From: Chamaesiphon sp.
GTDB lineage: Bacteria; Cyanobacteriota; Cyanobacteriia; Cyanobacteriales; Chamaesiphonaceae
Direction: 5' to 3'
Assembly: GCA_965246715.1 (NCBI GenBank)
Contig: CBDFFH010000053.1
Coordinates: 1 to 64,000, forward strand
Length of the DNA: 64,000 nucleotides
Positions 31,432-41,430 of the stretch are shown here, one piece after another. How positions within the stretch are numbered: position 1 is the first letter of the stretch; the number at the start of each line of letters is the position of its first letter. Made by a program: the position numbers and the translations under genes. The notes below the pieces were generated by a model that searched no databases, was not told the origin of the DNA, and saw only the letters and a program-made list of their open reading frames with translations.

Positions 31432-31882
31432 CGATAATTATTTACAAAGCTACTACCAGAAGATCGGCTGCGCTAACCTAATACAGTAGAATTACAGAAA
31501 GATTTCTGTTTCAGATTGTGTTGAGTCTTCGTTTTCCGAAATTTTAAATCTAGCAGCATCATGACCGAAACAAAACTAAAAAAATTAATCGCTACAGCTA
31601 AAGCAGAACAGAGGGAAGAGCTAGATCTATCTGGATTGGATTTGGCAGTATTACCACCAGAGATCGGACAGTTGACACAGCTACAGCGATTAATTTTGGG
31701 GCGGATTGACGGGAAAACGTATGAATCGGTAGGAAATCAACTGACCGATCTACCGTCAGAAATTGAAGGATTAACTAATTTAAAATTTCTGTCGATTTTT
31801 GCTAATAAATTAACTAAAATCCCCGATTCGATCGCTAGTTTAACCAGTCTGCAAATACTCGACCTCAACAGCAACCAAATAA

Positions 31883-33198
31883 GGTGATTCCCGATAAAAA
31901 AGCCACCCAGTTATAGTACTATTTTATTGGTAAGCCGAAGAAAGGAAGATAGTAGTATTGTTTAGCAATAAAACCGAACTCACGTTAAGTAGTAGCCAAA
32001 GAGAAGATTTACGGCTAGCTTCTGCTAAATTAAGCGGTGTAAAACGTCGTTACTTTCAAGCAGAAATGGCAATTAAATATTGCCAAGGAAACGCTAGATT
32101 GACAGAGAGGATATTTGGTTGGAGTAGAGAAACTGTAGCACTAGGGTTAGCAGAGAAACGAACTGGAATTATCTGTGTAGGAGCGCAAACAGGCTTTAGT
32201 GGGGCAAAAAGATGGGAGGAAAAACAACCAGAAGTTGCTGATTCACTGAAAAAATTAGCAGAGTCACATTCGCAACAAGATCCAACATTTGCAACAACGA
32301 TTGCGTATACACGATTAACAGCGGCAGAAGCCCTCAAACAATTAGCCCAACAGGGTTATATGCCGGAGCAATTGCCATCGCTGAGTACGATGATAGAAGT
32401 TTTAAATCGAACGGGCTATCGGCTCAGAAAAGTAGTGAAAGCAAAGCCTCAAAAAAAATTGCAGAAACCAACGATATCTTCGAGAACATCAACCAGCATC
32501 AAAAACAGTTAGAATCAAAGAGAATCAAACGATTAAGTATTGACTGCAAAGCGAAAGTCAATATTGGAAATTTAAGTAGAGGGGGGAAAACTAGAGGAGA
32601 TAATCAAGCTAATGACCATGACATGGGCTGTGAAGAAAAATATATCCCATGTGGAATCGTTGATGAAGATACTGGAGCTTTACAGATTAGTTTTGGTAGC
32701 TCTTATAAAACAAGTGATTTTATTGCAGACACATTACAGGACTGGTGGGACATACTTCTACTGGAACAGCAGCAGACGATCGAGAAGATCCAAATTAAGG
32801 TGGATAATGGCCCTGAAAGCAGTGGTGTGCGAACTCAGTTCTTAAAAAGAATGGTAGACTTTTCAGATAAAATTGGTAAATCTATTCACCTAATCTATTA
32901 TCCACCTTATCACAGCAAATATAATCCGATTGAAAGATGCTGGGGAGTTTTAGAAAAGCATTGGAATGGGGCAAAGTTATTAAATGTATCAGCCATGCTA
33001 GCATGGGCAGAGAGTATGACCTGGAAAGGATTGCATCCTATTATTCAATTAAATAGTAAGATTTATCAAAAAGGTATTTCACTCAATAAATCAGCAATGA
33101 AAGAAGTGGAAAAAAGATTAGAAAGGAACCCACTACTCCCTAAATGGGACATTCTGATCCGCCCTGCCTAACTGGTATGTTCTTTATCGGGAATCACC
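31883..33198 (+). mobile_element. ISAzo13-family insertion sequence (1316 bp)
   Basis: Terminal IRs ggtgattcccgataaa / tttatcgggaatcacc; 3-bp TAA duplication at 31880-31882 and 33199-33201; AT-rich. Confidence 0.92.
31958..33171 (+). CDS. ISAzo13 DDE transposase, two ORFs joined by a -1 frameshift at an A8 run (32451-32458)
   Basis: The -1 frame reads KKIAETNDIF...SIDCKA...SRGG...DHD, then DNGPE and YYPPYHSKYNPIERCW. Confidence 0.88.
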
Positions 33199-33916
33199 TA
33201 ACGGTGATTCCTGCGGCGATCGCTAGTTTAATCAGTTTCGAACAGCTCAACCTCAGTAGCAACCAAATCATGGTGATTCCTGCGGCGATTCGTCGATTAC
33301 CAAAACTAGTTTGACTGCTGACAGAATATTACGATTAAAATAGTTGGCAATCGTCCCCGTGATTTTATGACGATAATCGATCGCAAACTTAGGGAAATTC
33401 ACGAATACTTTCAAATCGAACCTGAAGACTATGAAACCATCATTCCTTGCAATTGTGATGTCTATACTGCTAGTCCGACCCCATTTGAATTTACACTAGA
33501 TACATTACACAAATATCTCGATCGCGGCAAATACTCGATCGAATGTCAGCAAAGTACCACCCAAGTCGATGTTCGCGGTTTAATCGATAATGTCTTGAGT
33601 GTCGATCGATTAGACAGCAAGCAGGACAGAGATCCACTCGATTGGAGGAGAGATCGATCTCGACTAGATTCTTTTGGATCGAGAGTCAATAGTCAAGCAA
33701 ATTGATACCAATCAACCGCTCGCGAATCGGCTATTAAGTGCCACTCAAGCCGGAGGAGTAGCTGCGATCGAGCAATTTCTCAACCATCCCGCCGTGAGTT
33801 TTATTGTTGCCGCGATCGAAGATTGGGGAAAAACAAAGGTCGAGAAATAAGTCCACAAGCTAGCAATCGATCGATAATGGAATTAAGACATCAATCTAAA
33901 ATTTATAATTTTGTTT

Positions 33917-34690
33917 ATGGAAGTTATTCGCATTCCCGTTCTATCAGACAACTATATCTTTTTGATGGTCGATCGACATCGGCAGATCGCCGCAGTGGTA
34001 GATCCGGCAGAAGCCGCACCAGTAATGGTAGAATTGGCCCGCCAACAAGTTGAATTAGTCGCGATTTTTAATACCCACCATCATGGCGATCATGTTGGTG
34101 GCAATAAAGAACTAATCTCAGTCTTTCCCAATCTCACTGTTTATGGCGGTGCCGAAGATCGGGGGAGAATTCCTGGACAGCAGATATATTTAAATGATGG
34201 CGATCGCGTACAGTTTGGCGATCGGGAAGCTGAGGTTTTCTTTATTCCTGGGCATACACGCGCCCATATTGCCTATTATTTCCCGCCAGCAACCAGTGAC
34301 GAACCGGGCGAACTCTTCTGTGGCGATACAATTTTTGCAGGTGGTTGTGGCAGACTATTTGAAGGGACACCCGCGCAGATGGTGGCATCGATGACAAAAT
34401 TGCGGCAATTACCCGACACTACCCGGATCTGGTGCGCTCACGAATACACGCTAGGCAATCTCAAATTTGCCGTTACTGTCGATCCGCAAAATCAAGAACT
34501 GCAGCAGCGACTCGTAGATGTCATCGCAGCCCGCGATAAATCTATCCCCACAGTGCCAACATTCATGGGCATAGAAAAACGTACCAATCCGTTTCTTCGT
34601 TGGGATGAGACGGCTTTACAATCAAGTGTAGCCAGTCACGATCCGATCGAAACTTTCGCACGGATTCGCGGTCGCAAAGACCAATTCTAA
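33917..34690 (+). CDS. gloB: Hydroxyacylglutathione hydrolase (glyoxalase II)
   Basis: DNY, THHHGDHVGG, PGHT, GDTIFAGGCGR, AHEYT, TNPFLR. Confidence 0.95.
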   Translation: MEVIRIPVLSDNYIFLMVDRHRQIAAVVDPAEAAPVMVELARQQVELVAIFNTHHHGDHVGGNKELISVFPNLTVYGGAEDRGRIPGQQIYLNDGDRVQFGDREAEVFFIPGHTRAHIAYYFPPATSDEPGELFCGDTIFAGGCGRLFEGTPAQMVASMTKLRQLPDTTRIWCAHEYTLGNLKFAVTVDPQNQELQQRLVDVIAARDKSIPTVPTFMGIEKRTNPFLRWDETALQSSVASHDPIETFARIRGRKDQF

Positions 34691-34766
34691 TAGCTACCAT
34701 CAGCGATCGGCTCTACTAAATACGCTAATATAAGGTTCGTTTGGTGTGTGTTGGGAGGTAGGCTAA

Positions 34767-35213
34767 ATGAAATTTCGATTACGGCAGGTTGGCATTGTTG
34801 GGTTAGCAAGCGTTCTTGGGTTGACGATCGGCGGCTGTAGCGGTAGCAAGGTGACTCAGTGCGCCAATATGATTAAGGTTGTCAATCAAACTGTGATCGA
34901 TACCAAAACTACCACTGAGTCTGGTACTAAAGGTGACATGCCTACGATCGAGAAATTAGTCGAAATCTTTGACAAAGCAGCAAAAGATCTAGAGTCTGTC
35001 AAGATCGATGATGAAAAGTTGAAAACTTATCAAAGTCAGTTTTTGACGATGTATCGCGGCGCGACGGAAATCAACAAACAATTAATTGCTGGCATTAAAG
35101 AGAAAAAATCCACCAAGGTACATGAAGAACTCCGAAAGTCTCGCAATATCTTCAGTCCAGAACGAGATCTAGCTACTGGATTGACTCAATACTGTCAAGC
35201 AACAGAAAAATAA
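34767..35213 (+). CDS. Hypothetical lipoprotein
   Basis: Signal peptide with lipobox-like IGGC; helical body. Confidence 0.7.
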   Translation: MKFRLRQVGIVGLASVLGLTIGGCSGSKVTQCANMIKVVNQTVIDTKTTTESGTKGDMPTIEKLVEIFDKAAKDLESVKIDDEKLKTYQSQFLTMYRGATEINKQLIAGIKEKKSTKVHEELRKSRNIFSPERDLATGLTQYCQATEK

Positions 35214-35382
35214 GCCTAGAAATTATCGTGAATGATAAATTAAGAGAGTTTTGGCGGCAATCTGCCTGCAAGCGGTGCTCGAGCGTAGACATCCGAATAG
35301 TTGGTACTATTTACGATCTCGACGATCGACGAACCCAATCTGGCAAAATTTGGTTACCACACTAAGCTCGATCGATCGATGA

Positions 35383-35793
35383 TTATTTTTCGTGCTTGAC
35401 TTCTACGACCATGTGAACGTTACCGCGTGGAGAAAAATCAGCTTTGACGGTAATTTGATACGGATCGGCGATCGCGACAAAATCATCTAAAATCTGATTT
35501 GCTGCTTCCTCGTGGGAAATATAGCGATCGCGGTAACTATTAATGTACAGTTTTAACGCTTTGAGTTCGACGACTTTTTGGTCGGGGACATAAATAATCT
35601 GGATCGTCGCAAAATCGGGATATCCAGAAAAAGGACATTTGCAGGTAAACTCTGGCAAACTAATATCCACGTTGTACCGTCTTCCCAGTCTAGGATTGGG
35701 GAAGGTAATTAATTCGCCATTGATAATTTCGCGTTCCCCATATTTCATCTCTGTAGGGGTAGTTGGTATCGCTTCGATATTCGCCTGAGTCAT
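35383..35793 (-). CDS. queF: preQ0 reductase (7-cyano-7-deazaguanine reductase)
   Basis: EFTCKCPFSGYPDFA, VELKALKLY, SHEE, PRG. Confidence 0.95.
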   Translation of the reverse strand: MTQANIEAIPTTPTEMKYGEREIINGELITFPNPRLGRRYNVDISLPEFTCKCPFSGYPDFATIQIIYVPDQKVVELKALKLYINSYRDRYISHEEAANQILDDFVAIADPYQITVKADFSPRGNVHMVVEVKHEK

Positions 35794-35956
35794 GCTCGCT
35801 CGTTAATGATTACAAGTATCTAATTTTAGCGAGATTATTCCGCCCGTGGGAATAGCAAAGTGAATTTAGCTACTCAGAGCCGACGATCGAGTAAAAGTAT
35901 TCGATAATTGATAAACTCTTACCCTCCACGCTCGACTATCCCCTACTCCCTATCCC

Positions 35957-36343
35957 CTAATTCAAATCGTTCTCCCCTTCCCAATCCGCACAGACATCGC
36001 CATCGCAGCCGTAGGGATGCATTCCGCAAACCAAAAGATTTCCAGCATAATTGGATCCATTATAGTTGCGGCAGCCGATGCAAGCAGGATGTGTGGACGG
36101 ATCTGGGATGGGTTGTGTTTGGAGTGGGATATCCCAAGTAAATGATGTCGGTTCTTCAAGTTCTTGCCAAATTTCGGTGAGCACTTCTTTCAGTTCGTCC
36201 CATTGCAGATAGAGGATTTCCTGAGCTTCAGTAGTTACCTCTTCAACTAATTCTGTGAGTTCGCGACCAAACCCATCAAACAGCCCGGTTAGGTCTTTAA
36301 TTATGGCGGAGATTTCGTTTTGCCATTCTTCCATAGCACACAC
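35957..36343 (-). CDS. Conserved hypothetical protein with Cys-rich C-terminus
   Basis: HPACIGCRNY...LVCGMHPYG...C.DWE. Confidence 0.75.
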   Translation of the reverse strand: MCAMEEWQNEISAIIKDLTGLFDGFGRELTELVEEVTTEAQEILYLQWDELKEVLTEIWQELEEPTSFTWDIPLQTQPIPDPSTHPACIGCRNYNGSNYAGNLLVCGMHPYGCDGDVCADWEGENDLN

Positions 36344-36842
36344 CTAGTAGTTATGTTAGCTTCTAAATCGATCGACAAAGATCGGCAGTTCGGCGATCGC
36401 ATAACCAATCGCCATTGGCAAAGCCTCTCTGCAAGAAAGACCGCGTGCAAGCTTTGAGTTAGCGGATCGCTCGATGAGATTGAAATGAATACCTAAGCTC
36501 AAGTTTATCATTCCCCGACACCGTTCCGATTTTGCTATCGAGGATACATATTATTCAGAGTTCTGGGAGACAAATCTTTACTAGTGTAGCGGCTGTTGTG
36601 GCGAATCGATCGCCAATTGTCCGCATAAATTATTACTAGCGATCCGATCGGTGGCGAAGTCTCCGGGGCAAGAGAATCACGGGATAATAGATCGGATCGA
36701 TCGTCTCTTGCATCGGTGAAAATGAGTAATCTAACTTGGCGATCGCATCCCAATCAACAAATTTCCAAAAATATTCTAGCTAAAATAGTAATTTAAGTGA
36801 TTATTAAGTGCATAATAAAATTAACACCCTAATAATTTCACT

Positions 36843-37319
36843 ATGGCTAAAACTAAAGTCAAGTCCGATCCAAGTTCTTCACCTGAGACTACTACAACAG
36901 GAACAGAAGCCAAGAAATCGACAAAAGTAGCTGCAACTAACGATTCGTCAACTGAAACTATTTCGCCTGAAACTCCGCTCACTGGTAAAGCACTACTGCA
37001 AAAAGTCAAAGAACTTTCCCATCTTGCTAAGCGTGAAACAGCAAAGCAATGTGGTTACCTGAAAACTTCTCCATCCGGTGCGGTACGGACAGATCTATCG
37101 GGATTCTATGATGCGGTGCTATCTGCAAAAGGGGTCAAATTAGATGAGACTAGCAGAGACAGTCGGGGTAAAGTTGCAACATACAAGGCTACCGTTCACA
37201 AAAATGGTCAGTTGTTAATTGGCTCTGCATATACCAAAGGTATGGGTCTCAAGGAAGGAGATACTTTTACAATCAAGCTCGGATACAAACACATCCACTT
37301 AATCCAGGACGACAATTAA
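36843..37319 (+). CDS. Cyanobacterial AbrB-like transcriptional regulator (cyAbrB)
   Basis: LTGKALLQKVKEL, AKQCGY, VHKNGQLLIGSAYT, IKLGYKHIHL. Confidence 0.92.
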   Translation: MAKTKVKSDPSSSPETTTTGTEAKKSTKVAATNDSSTETISPETPLTGKALLQKVKELSHLAKRETAKQCGYLKTSPSGAVRTDLSGFYDAVLSAKGVKLDETSRDSRGKVATYKATVHKNGQLLIGSAYTKGMGLKEGDTFTIKLGYKHIHLIQDDN

Positions 37320-37732
37320 ATTGCTGGAGCGATCCTCATCAGTTGAGGAGCGAGTAGTAGCTAGGTTTAATTATCCTAGCTACTGCTTCCCAATCTGGAT
37401 CTTTTCGCGCGATCGAAGCACATATTTTTCCGATATAGATTGAAGCTATCTGTAGCAAAAAACCAAATCGGCTTCGCGAAATAAGCCAAGATGGCTAGAA
37501 ATTTGAAGCTCAGGTTTTTAGTAGCTTGAGAATATTGTTAGGTCGTAGAAATCGATATTCGCAGTGACATGGCTCACTTGTAACGCTCAGCTCCAGATAT
37601 CCTCCACTAAAATTAGCAAAGATCGGTTGGAGTTAGGATATTCGACACTCTCGATCGACGGTCATGCTAATATAAACTTGCCACATAATACACGATTATA
37701 ATGACGCGTCAGCCGCGATCGATCTTAGCGGT

Positions 37733-38953
37733 CTACTGTTTGAATTTAAATAGTAAAAACTGGGTAATCTGACGATTGCTAAAGTTATTATCGCTGACTA
37801 GCAGCAGTGTTTGACTGCCATCAGACAGCCGCGATCCTAGTGCCATCCCCTCTTGATTGTCGATGTAGATATCTAGTTGTTTGAGGTCGAAGGCTAGCCG
37901 TTTTTGAATCGGTTGAATCGTGTTATTCCCTTTGAAACTAGCGATCCTACTAGTATCGGTAGCACCACCAGTAGCGGATTGGAAAATTTTGACGCGGAAC
38001 CCCAGCAAGCCAAACGAACGTTCGAGCGTGAGAAAATGACCGCTAGTATCGATCGATTGAATCTCCGATAAGCCATGTTCGATCGCCCCTACTGGGGGAG
38101 AATCCAATTGATAGAGGTGTTCGCTGATAATTTCCGATCGGTCGCTCAACAGATAATGCAACCACCGATTTTTAGCGCCAGGAATCTTACCATCTTTATC
38201 TACTTTGGCGACTTCTTTGTCTTGCAGCAAAGAGGACTCAGTTGCCGCAAATAGCCGTAAGGGTTCGCCACTAGTAGGAAGAGTGCCAGTCGGTGCCAGT
38301 GTCATTCCTTCAAAGGCGAGATTATTTTGCATGCCGCGTTTGCCTTCGGTATCGGTGAGGTAACGTTCGGGAATGGGTAAGGCTTGCTTGACGCGTCCGG
38401 TCTTGAGGTCAAATTCGGCGATAAAGGGCGGAATTTTTTTGAGTCTGTCACCCTCGCTAGAGACAAAAACCGAGGCTTGAGGGGTAATCGCGATGGCTTC
38501 TGTATCAGTTTTACCTGGGGGATAGGTCGCCCCTGCGGCATCTCTAAGCAGGGTGACATCCGTGAGATCGACCTTATTGAATTTGACTCGTTCGGGATTG
38601 GTAGTATCGAGATCGAGTTTGAGCGTATAAAATCTCGCGGGCGCTTTTTCGCCCCGATCGTCAGAAACAGCATAAAATACATTGCGTTGGCGATCGTATG
38701 TCAGTCCCGATAAGCCACCAACCAGAGTATCTTTGACTTTGAAGTCTTTAGGCAGTTTGTATTCGCCGATATACTCGATCGAGAGCTTATCGTTAAAAAT
38801 GCGGCTGCTAGCTTCACTTGCAGATGGACTACAAGAGGTGAGAAACATCATGATGCCCATCACACACAATAACACTCCCAATGAAACCGTCGTTGCTAAA
38901 ATCTTCCCACCAATTTTTTTGGGTTGAGGAGCGGGATTTCGATCTGAAGTCAT
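37733..38953 (-). CDS. Esterase-like activity of phytase family protein
   Basis: VGGLSGLTYD, AVSDD, NLAFEG, NQEGM, LVSDNNFS. Confidence 0.88.
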   Translation of the reverse strand: MTSDRNPAPQPKKIGGKILATTVSLGVLLCVMGIMMFLTSCSPSASEASSRIFNDKLSIEYIGEYKLPKDFKVKDTLVGGLSGLTYDRQRNVFYAVSDDRGEKAPARFYTLKLDLDTTNPERVKFNKVDLTDVTLLRDAAGATYPPGKTDTEAIAITPQASVFVSSEGDRLKKIPPFIAEFDLKTGRVKQALPIPERYLTDTEGKRGMQNNLAFEGMTLAPTGTLPTSGEPLRLFAATESSLLQDKEVAKVDKDGKIPGAKNRWLHYLLSDRSEIISEHLYQLDSPPVGAIEHGLSEIQSIDTSGHFLTLERSFGLLGFRVKIFQSATGGATDTSRIASFKGNNTIQPIQKRLAFDLKQLDIYIDNQEGMALGSRLSDGSQTLLLVSDNNFSNRQITQFLLFKFKQ

Positions 38954-39088
38954 AAATATTAAATGTTAGATTAAATATTAGCGATCGACTGGAGTTAAGG
39001 TTCTCATCAATTTTATCCGAACGGCAAGTTTTAGCTATGGCTATTAGTTAAAATATGTGTTATCCCGTCGCGCGATCGTCTTAGGTCT

Positions 39089-39625
39089 ATGTCATCATCT
39101 ATATTGCCAGTTCCCGCCCAGATTAAATTCGATGAGGCAATCAGTCTCACTCAGGCATTCCTGACGCAGCTTAAAAAAGATGAATTAACTTCGAGTCAGA
39201 TTCAGGATTTTGTTACTCAGTTGGTTGAGACTAGCAATGGTGCTAGAGGTTTTTTTGTTACTTATCTCACCGCAGCAGATCCGATTTGCGAGGAACCTCG
39301 ATCGGAAATAATTACAGCTTTGGGCACTCATCCCGAGATAACTGCCGACTTATTAGTCAAGAATCTGGCGATGTCTACGGCTCAACAACTCTACCACCAT
39401 CGGCGTAACGATCTCGAAATGGCAGCATCTTCTGCAACTGTAGCTGCCAGAACGCTGAAAATTATTCAACAGTTAAATCTACCCCAAATTCAGGAAATGT
39501 GTCGGGAATTGGTAGATACAATTACTACTGGAACTGGCTCTTACAGTGAGTTTTTGACCAGATGGGGTTATGATGACGAGCAAAAAAACTCGATCGAGCA
39601 AGTAGTCAATTCACTCGATATTTAA
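39089..39625 (+). CDS. Conserved cyanobacterial hypothetical protein
   Basis: NGARGFFVTYL, VKNLAMSTA, FLTRWGYDDEQK. Confidence 0.8.
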   Translation: MSSSILPVPAQIKFDEAISLTQAFLTQLKKDELTSSQIQDFVTQLVETSNGARGFFVTYLTAADPICEEPRSEIITALGTHPEITADLLVKNLAMSTAQQLYHHRRNDLEMAASSATVAARTLKIIQQLNLPQIQEMCRELVDTITTGTGSYSEFLTRWGYDDEQKNSIEQVVNSLDI

Positions 39626-39636
39626 TAACTAGTAGT

Positions 39637-39930
39637 TCACTTACATACAAAGATTCGATCGTAAATCTCTTGATTTTCTAATTGAACTTGCTTGAGATCG
39701 TACCGAGCCTGCAGATTTAACCAAAACTCAGCACTATTTCCAAAATAGCGAGATAGTCGGATGGCAGTATCAGCGGAGATCGACTGCTTGCCACTAATAA
39801 TTCGACCGATTCGAGTTTGCGGAACCTGAATGTCAACACTCAATCTATAAGCAGTGATATTCTTAGGCTCTAAAAATTCAGTCCTCAAAATTTCACCAGG
39901 ATGAACTGCTGGTAACTGTTTATTCACCAT
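39637..39930 (-). CDS. higA: HigA-family antitoxin (HTH)
   Basis: HPGEILRTEFL, ISADTAIRLSRYFGNSAEFWLNLQARYDL. Confidence 0.92.
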   Translation of the reverse strand: MVNKQLPAVHPGEILRTEFLEPKNITAYRLSVDIQVPQTRIGRIISGKQSISADTAIRLSRYFGNSAEFWLNLQARYDLKQVQLENQEIYDRIFVCK

Positions 39931-40244
39931 CAGCTATTCATTCCTGTAATTTGACGTAAGATAGCATCCATTTTCCCACCTAGATCGACTCTCAACTCTC
40001 TAACCTCAATCTCTAGTCGGTCGAATCTCTGTTCCAGTCCGCTAAATTTTTGCTCCATTACATCAAATCTTTGACCCATGTAAAGCTCTAAGTCATCAAT
40101 ATCATCATAAACTCGACCAAATGACTCTTTTAGTTCGCGACCAGTGACTTGGCTATCCTCTAGCCTTGTTAACCGTCGGCTCATGCTAATTAATTCACGA
40201 TCTATTTCTCGTCCCCGATCTTCTGGCTCTCTAGATTGACTCAT
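39930..40244 (-). CDS. Hypothetical coiled-coil protein, coupled to higA
   Basis: Heptad-like RFD..E repeats; its stop overlaps the higA start (TGATG). Confidence 0.75.
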   Translation of the reverse strand: MSQSREPEDRGREIDRELISMSRRLTRLEDSQVTGRELKESFGRVYDDIDDLELYMGQRFDVMEQKFSGLEQRFDRLEIEVRELRVDLGGKMDAILRQITGMNS

Positions 40245-40296
40245 AACTCAAGATACTATTGTTTGTTAATAGTATCACATCATGATAGTACTGTAA

Positions 40297-40405
40297 GTTC
40301 GGGATATGTGTCAGGAGCTATTGAGAACTGGCTCTTAGTGCGAGTTATTGACACGCTGGGGCTATGATAAGGAACAGAAAAACTCGATCGCGCAGGTAGT
40401 TACTT
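40297..40405 (+). pseudogene. Degenerate copy of the 3' end of gene 39089-39625
   Basis: gaactggctctta...tggggctatgat...aaaaactcgatcg matches ~39490-39610. Confidence 0.75.
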
Positions 40406-40463
40406 AGCTTTTTGCAGGTTAATTCGAGCGATCTATGTAGCGCATTGCTTCACATAATATCGC

Positions 40464-40880
40464 TCATGGGCGTTTTATTGAATTTTTGACCATAATAACT
40501 AACGACATCGAATCAGGATCGACATAAGAATTACCCTCCCAATAGTCGAAGTGATGATGGTATCCAGACCAAGTATCATCATCAAAGTCGAACCAGGTTG
40601 CAAACCGCTCTAAAGATTCGGTGTCCCCTTCAATTTGTAAGTAATTTCCGACTACTGAAACCTTAGTTAAGGTTTCGCTTTTACTAATCGAAACATAACT
40701 TAAACAATTATCATAAGGAGCCGGATCGACTATTCTGGCTTCGATGACACAATTTAATCGATCTTTATCATTTATTAAATCGAGCATCGATTGGCCGATT
40801 TTCCGTAACGCTGGTGTCGAACCTGATATGTCGAGTTCTCCATTACTACTAAATCTAATTTCGACCTTATCCATATCCAT
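40464..40880 (-). CDS. Hypothetical protein, Imm32-like immunity protein
   Basis: LQIEG..ESL..FA....HHHFD......DSMSLVI pattern, recalled from the Imm32 family. Confidence 0.5.
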   Translation of the reverse strand: MDMDKVEIRFSSNGELDISGSTPALRKIGQSMLDLINDKDRLNCVIEARIVDPAPYDNCLSYVSISKSETLTKVSVVGNYLQIEGDTESLERFATWFDFDDDTWSGYHHHFDYWEGNSYVDPDSMSLVIMVKNSIKRP

Positions 40881-40917
40881 TTATTTCAACCATACGTTAA
40901 TTTATTGCTTCAAAAAA

Positions 40918-40945
40918 CAAAAGAGGTCAGTAATGACCTCTTTTG
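40918..40945 (-). terminator. Rho-independent terminator of apcABC
   Basis: caaaagaggtca / tgacctcttttg stem followed by a T-run on the - strand. Confidence 0.75.
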
Positions 40946-40969
40946 CAACTTTAAATTTAAACCTAATAA

Positions 40970-41173
40970 TTAAAGTAAACCAGTATTGGCACCTTGTTTG
41001 CCAGTAGCTAGTTCGACTTTAATGATTTTACCGCCCATTTTCATGATGCGTTGTTGTTCGCGGAACCAGTTATCGTAAGGAACTAACTTAGTGAAAAAAG
41101 TATTTTGGAGTTCGCGCTGAGTTCTGATCCGAGTTTGACTGGGAACACAGGCGGTGACTTTGAACATCCGCAT
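40970..41173 (-). CDS. apcC: Phycobilisome small core linker
   Basis: MRMFKVTACVPSQTRIRTQRELQNT. Confidence 0.98.
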   Translation of the reverse strand: MRMFKVTACVPSQTRIRTQRELQNTFFTKLVPYDNWFREQQRIMKMGGKIIKVELATGKQGANTGLL

Positions 41174-41430
41174 ATTAATGGTTCTCCTTAATTTTATTAT
41201 TTTGGATAAGCTATATTCATTTTCGCACTTTTCGATCGTCGATCGGTCAGTCTTAATAATTTACTGACAATAAAGATGCGATCGCTTAAAAACATCAAAG
41301 TCTGGGAGTCAAAGGTTCATCTTAGATCGTCAAAACTCACCTTAGTTAGACTAGATAAGCTGTTGAAGAGCTAACATTCACATCAGACTTCCCAGACTCG
41401 ATTCGGGTTACTTACAACTCAATCTACAAA

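Larger units (their letters stand above)
31561..33850 (+). pseudogene. Decayed LRR-ROC-COR (Roco-like) gene, split by an IS and internally deleted
   Basis: LRR N-terminus 31561-31882; LRRs resume in frame after the IS (33202-33314); COR-like fragment ~33330-33640 (IPCNC, IECQQS); C-terminal segment in another frame ending 33850. Confidence 0.75.

Noticed and set aside
32451..32458. Transposase pseudogene due to a frameshift
   Set aside because: The break is at an A8 slippery run and the -1 frame is open to the end, consistent with programmed frameshifting
35794..35950. preQ1 riboswitch upstream of queF
   Set aside because: No recognisable aptamer stem with an A-rich tail
38954..39010. Pho box upstream of the phytase-like gene
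   Set aside because: TTAA-containing units are present but not at the expected 11-bp period
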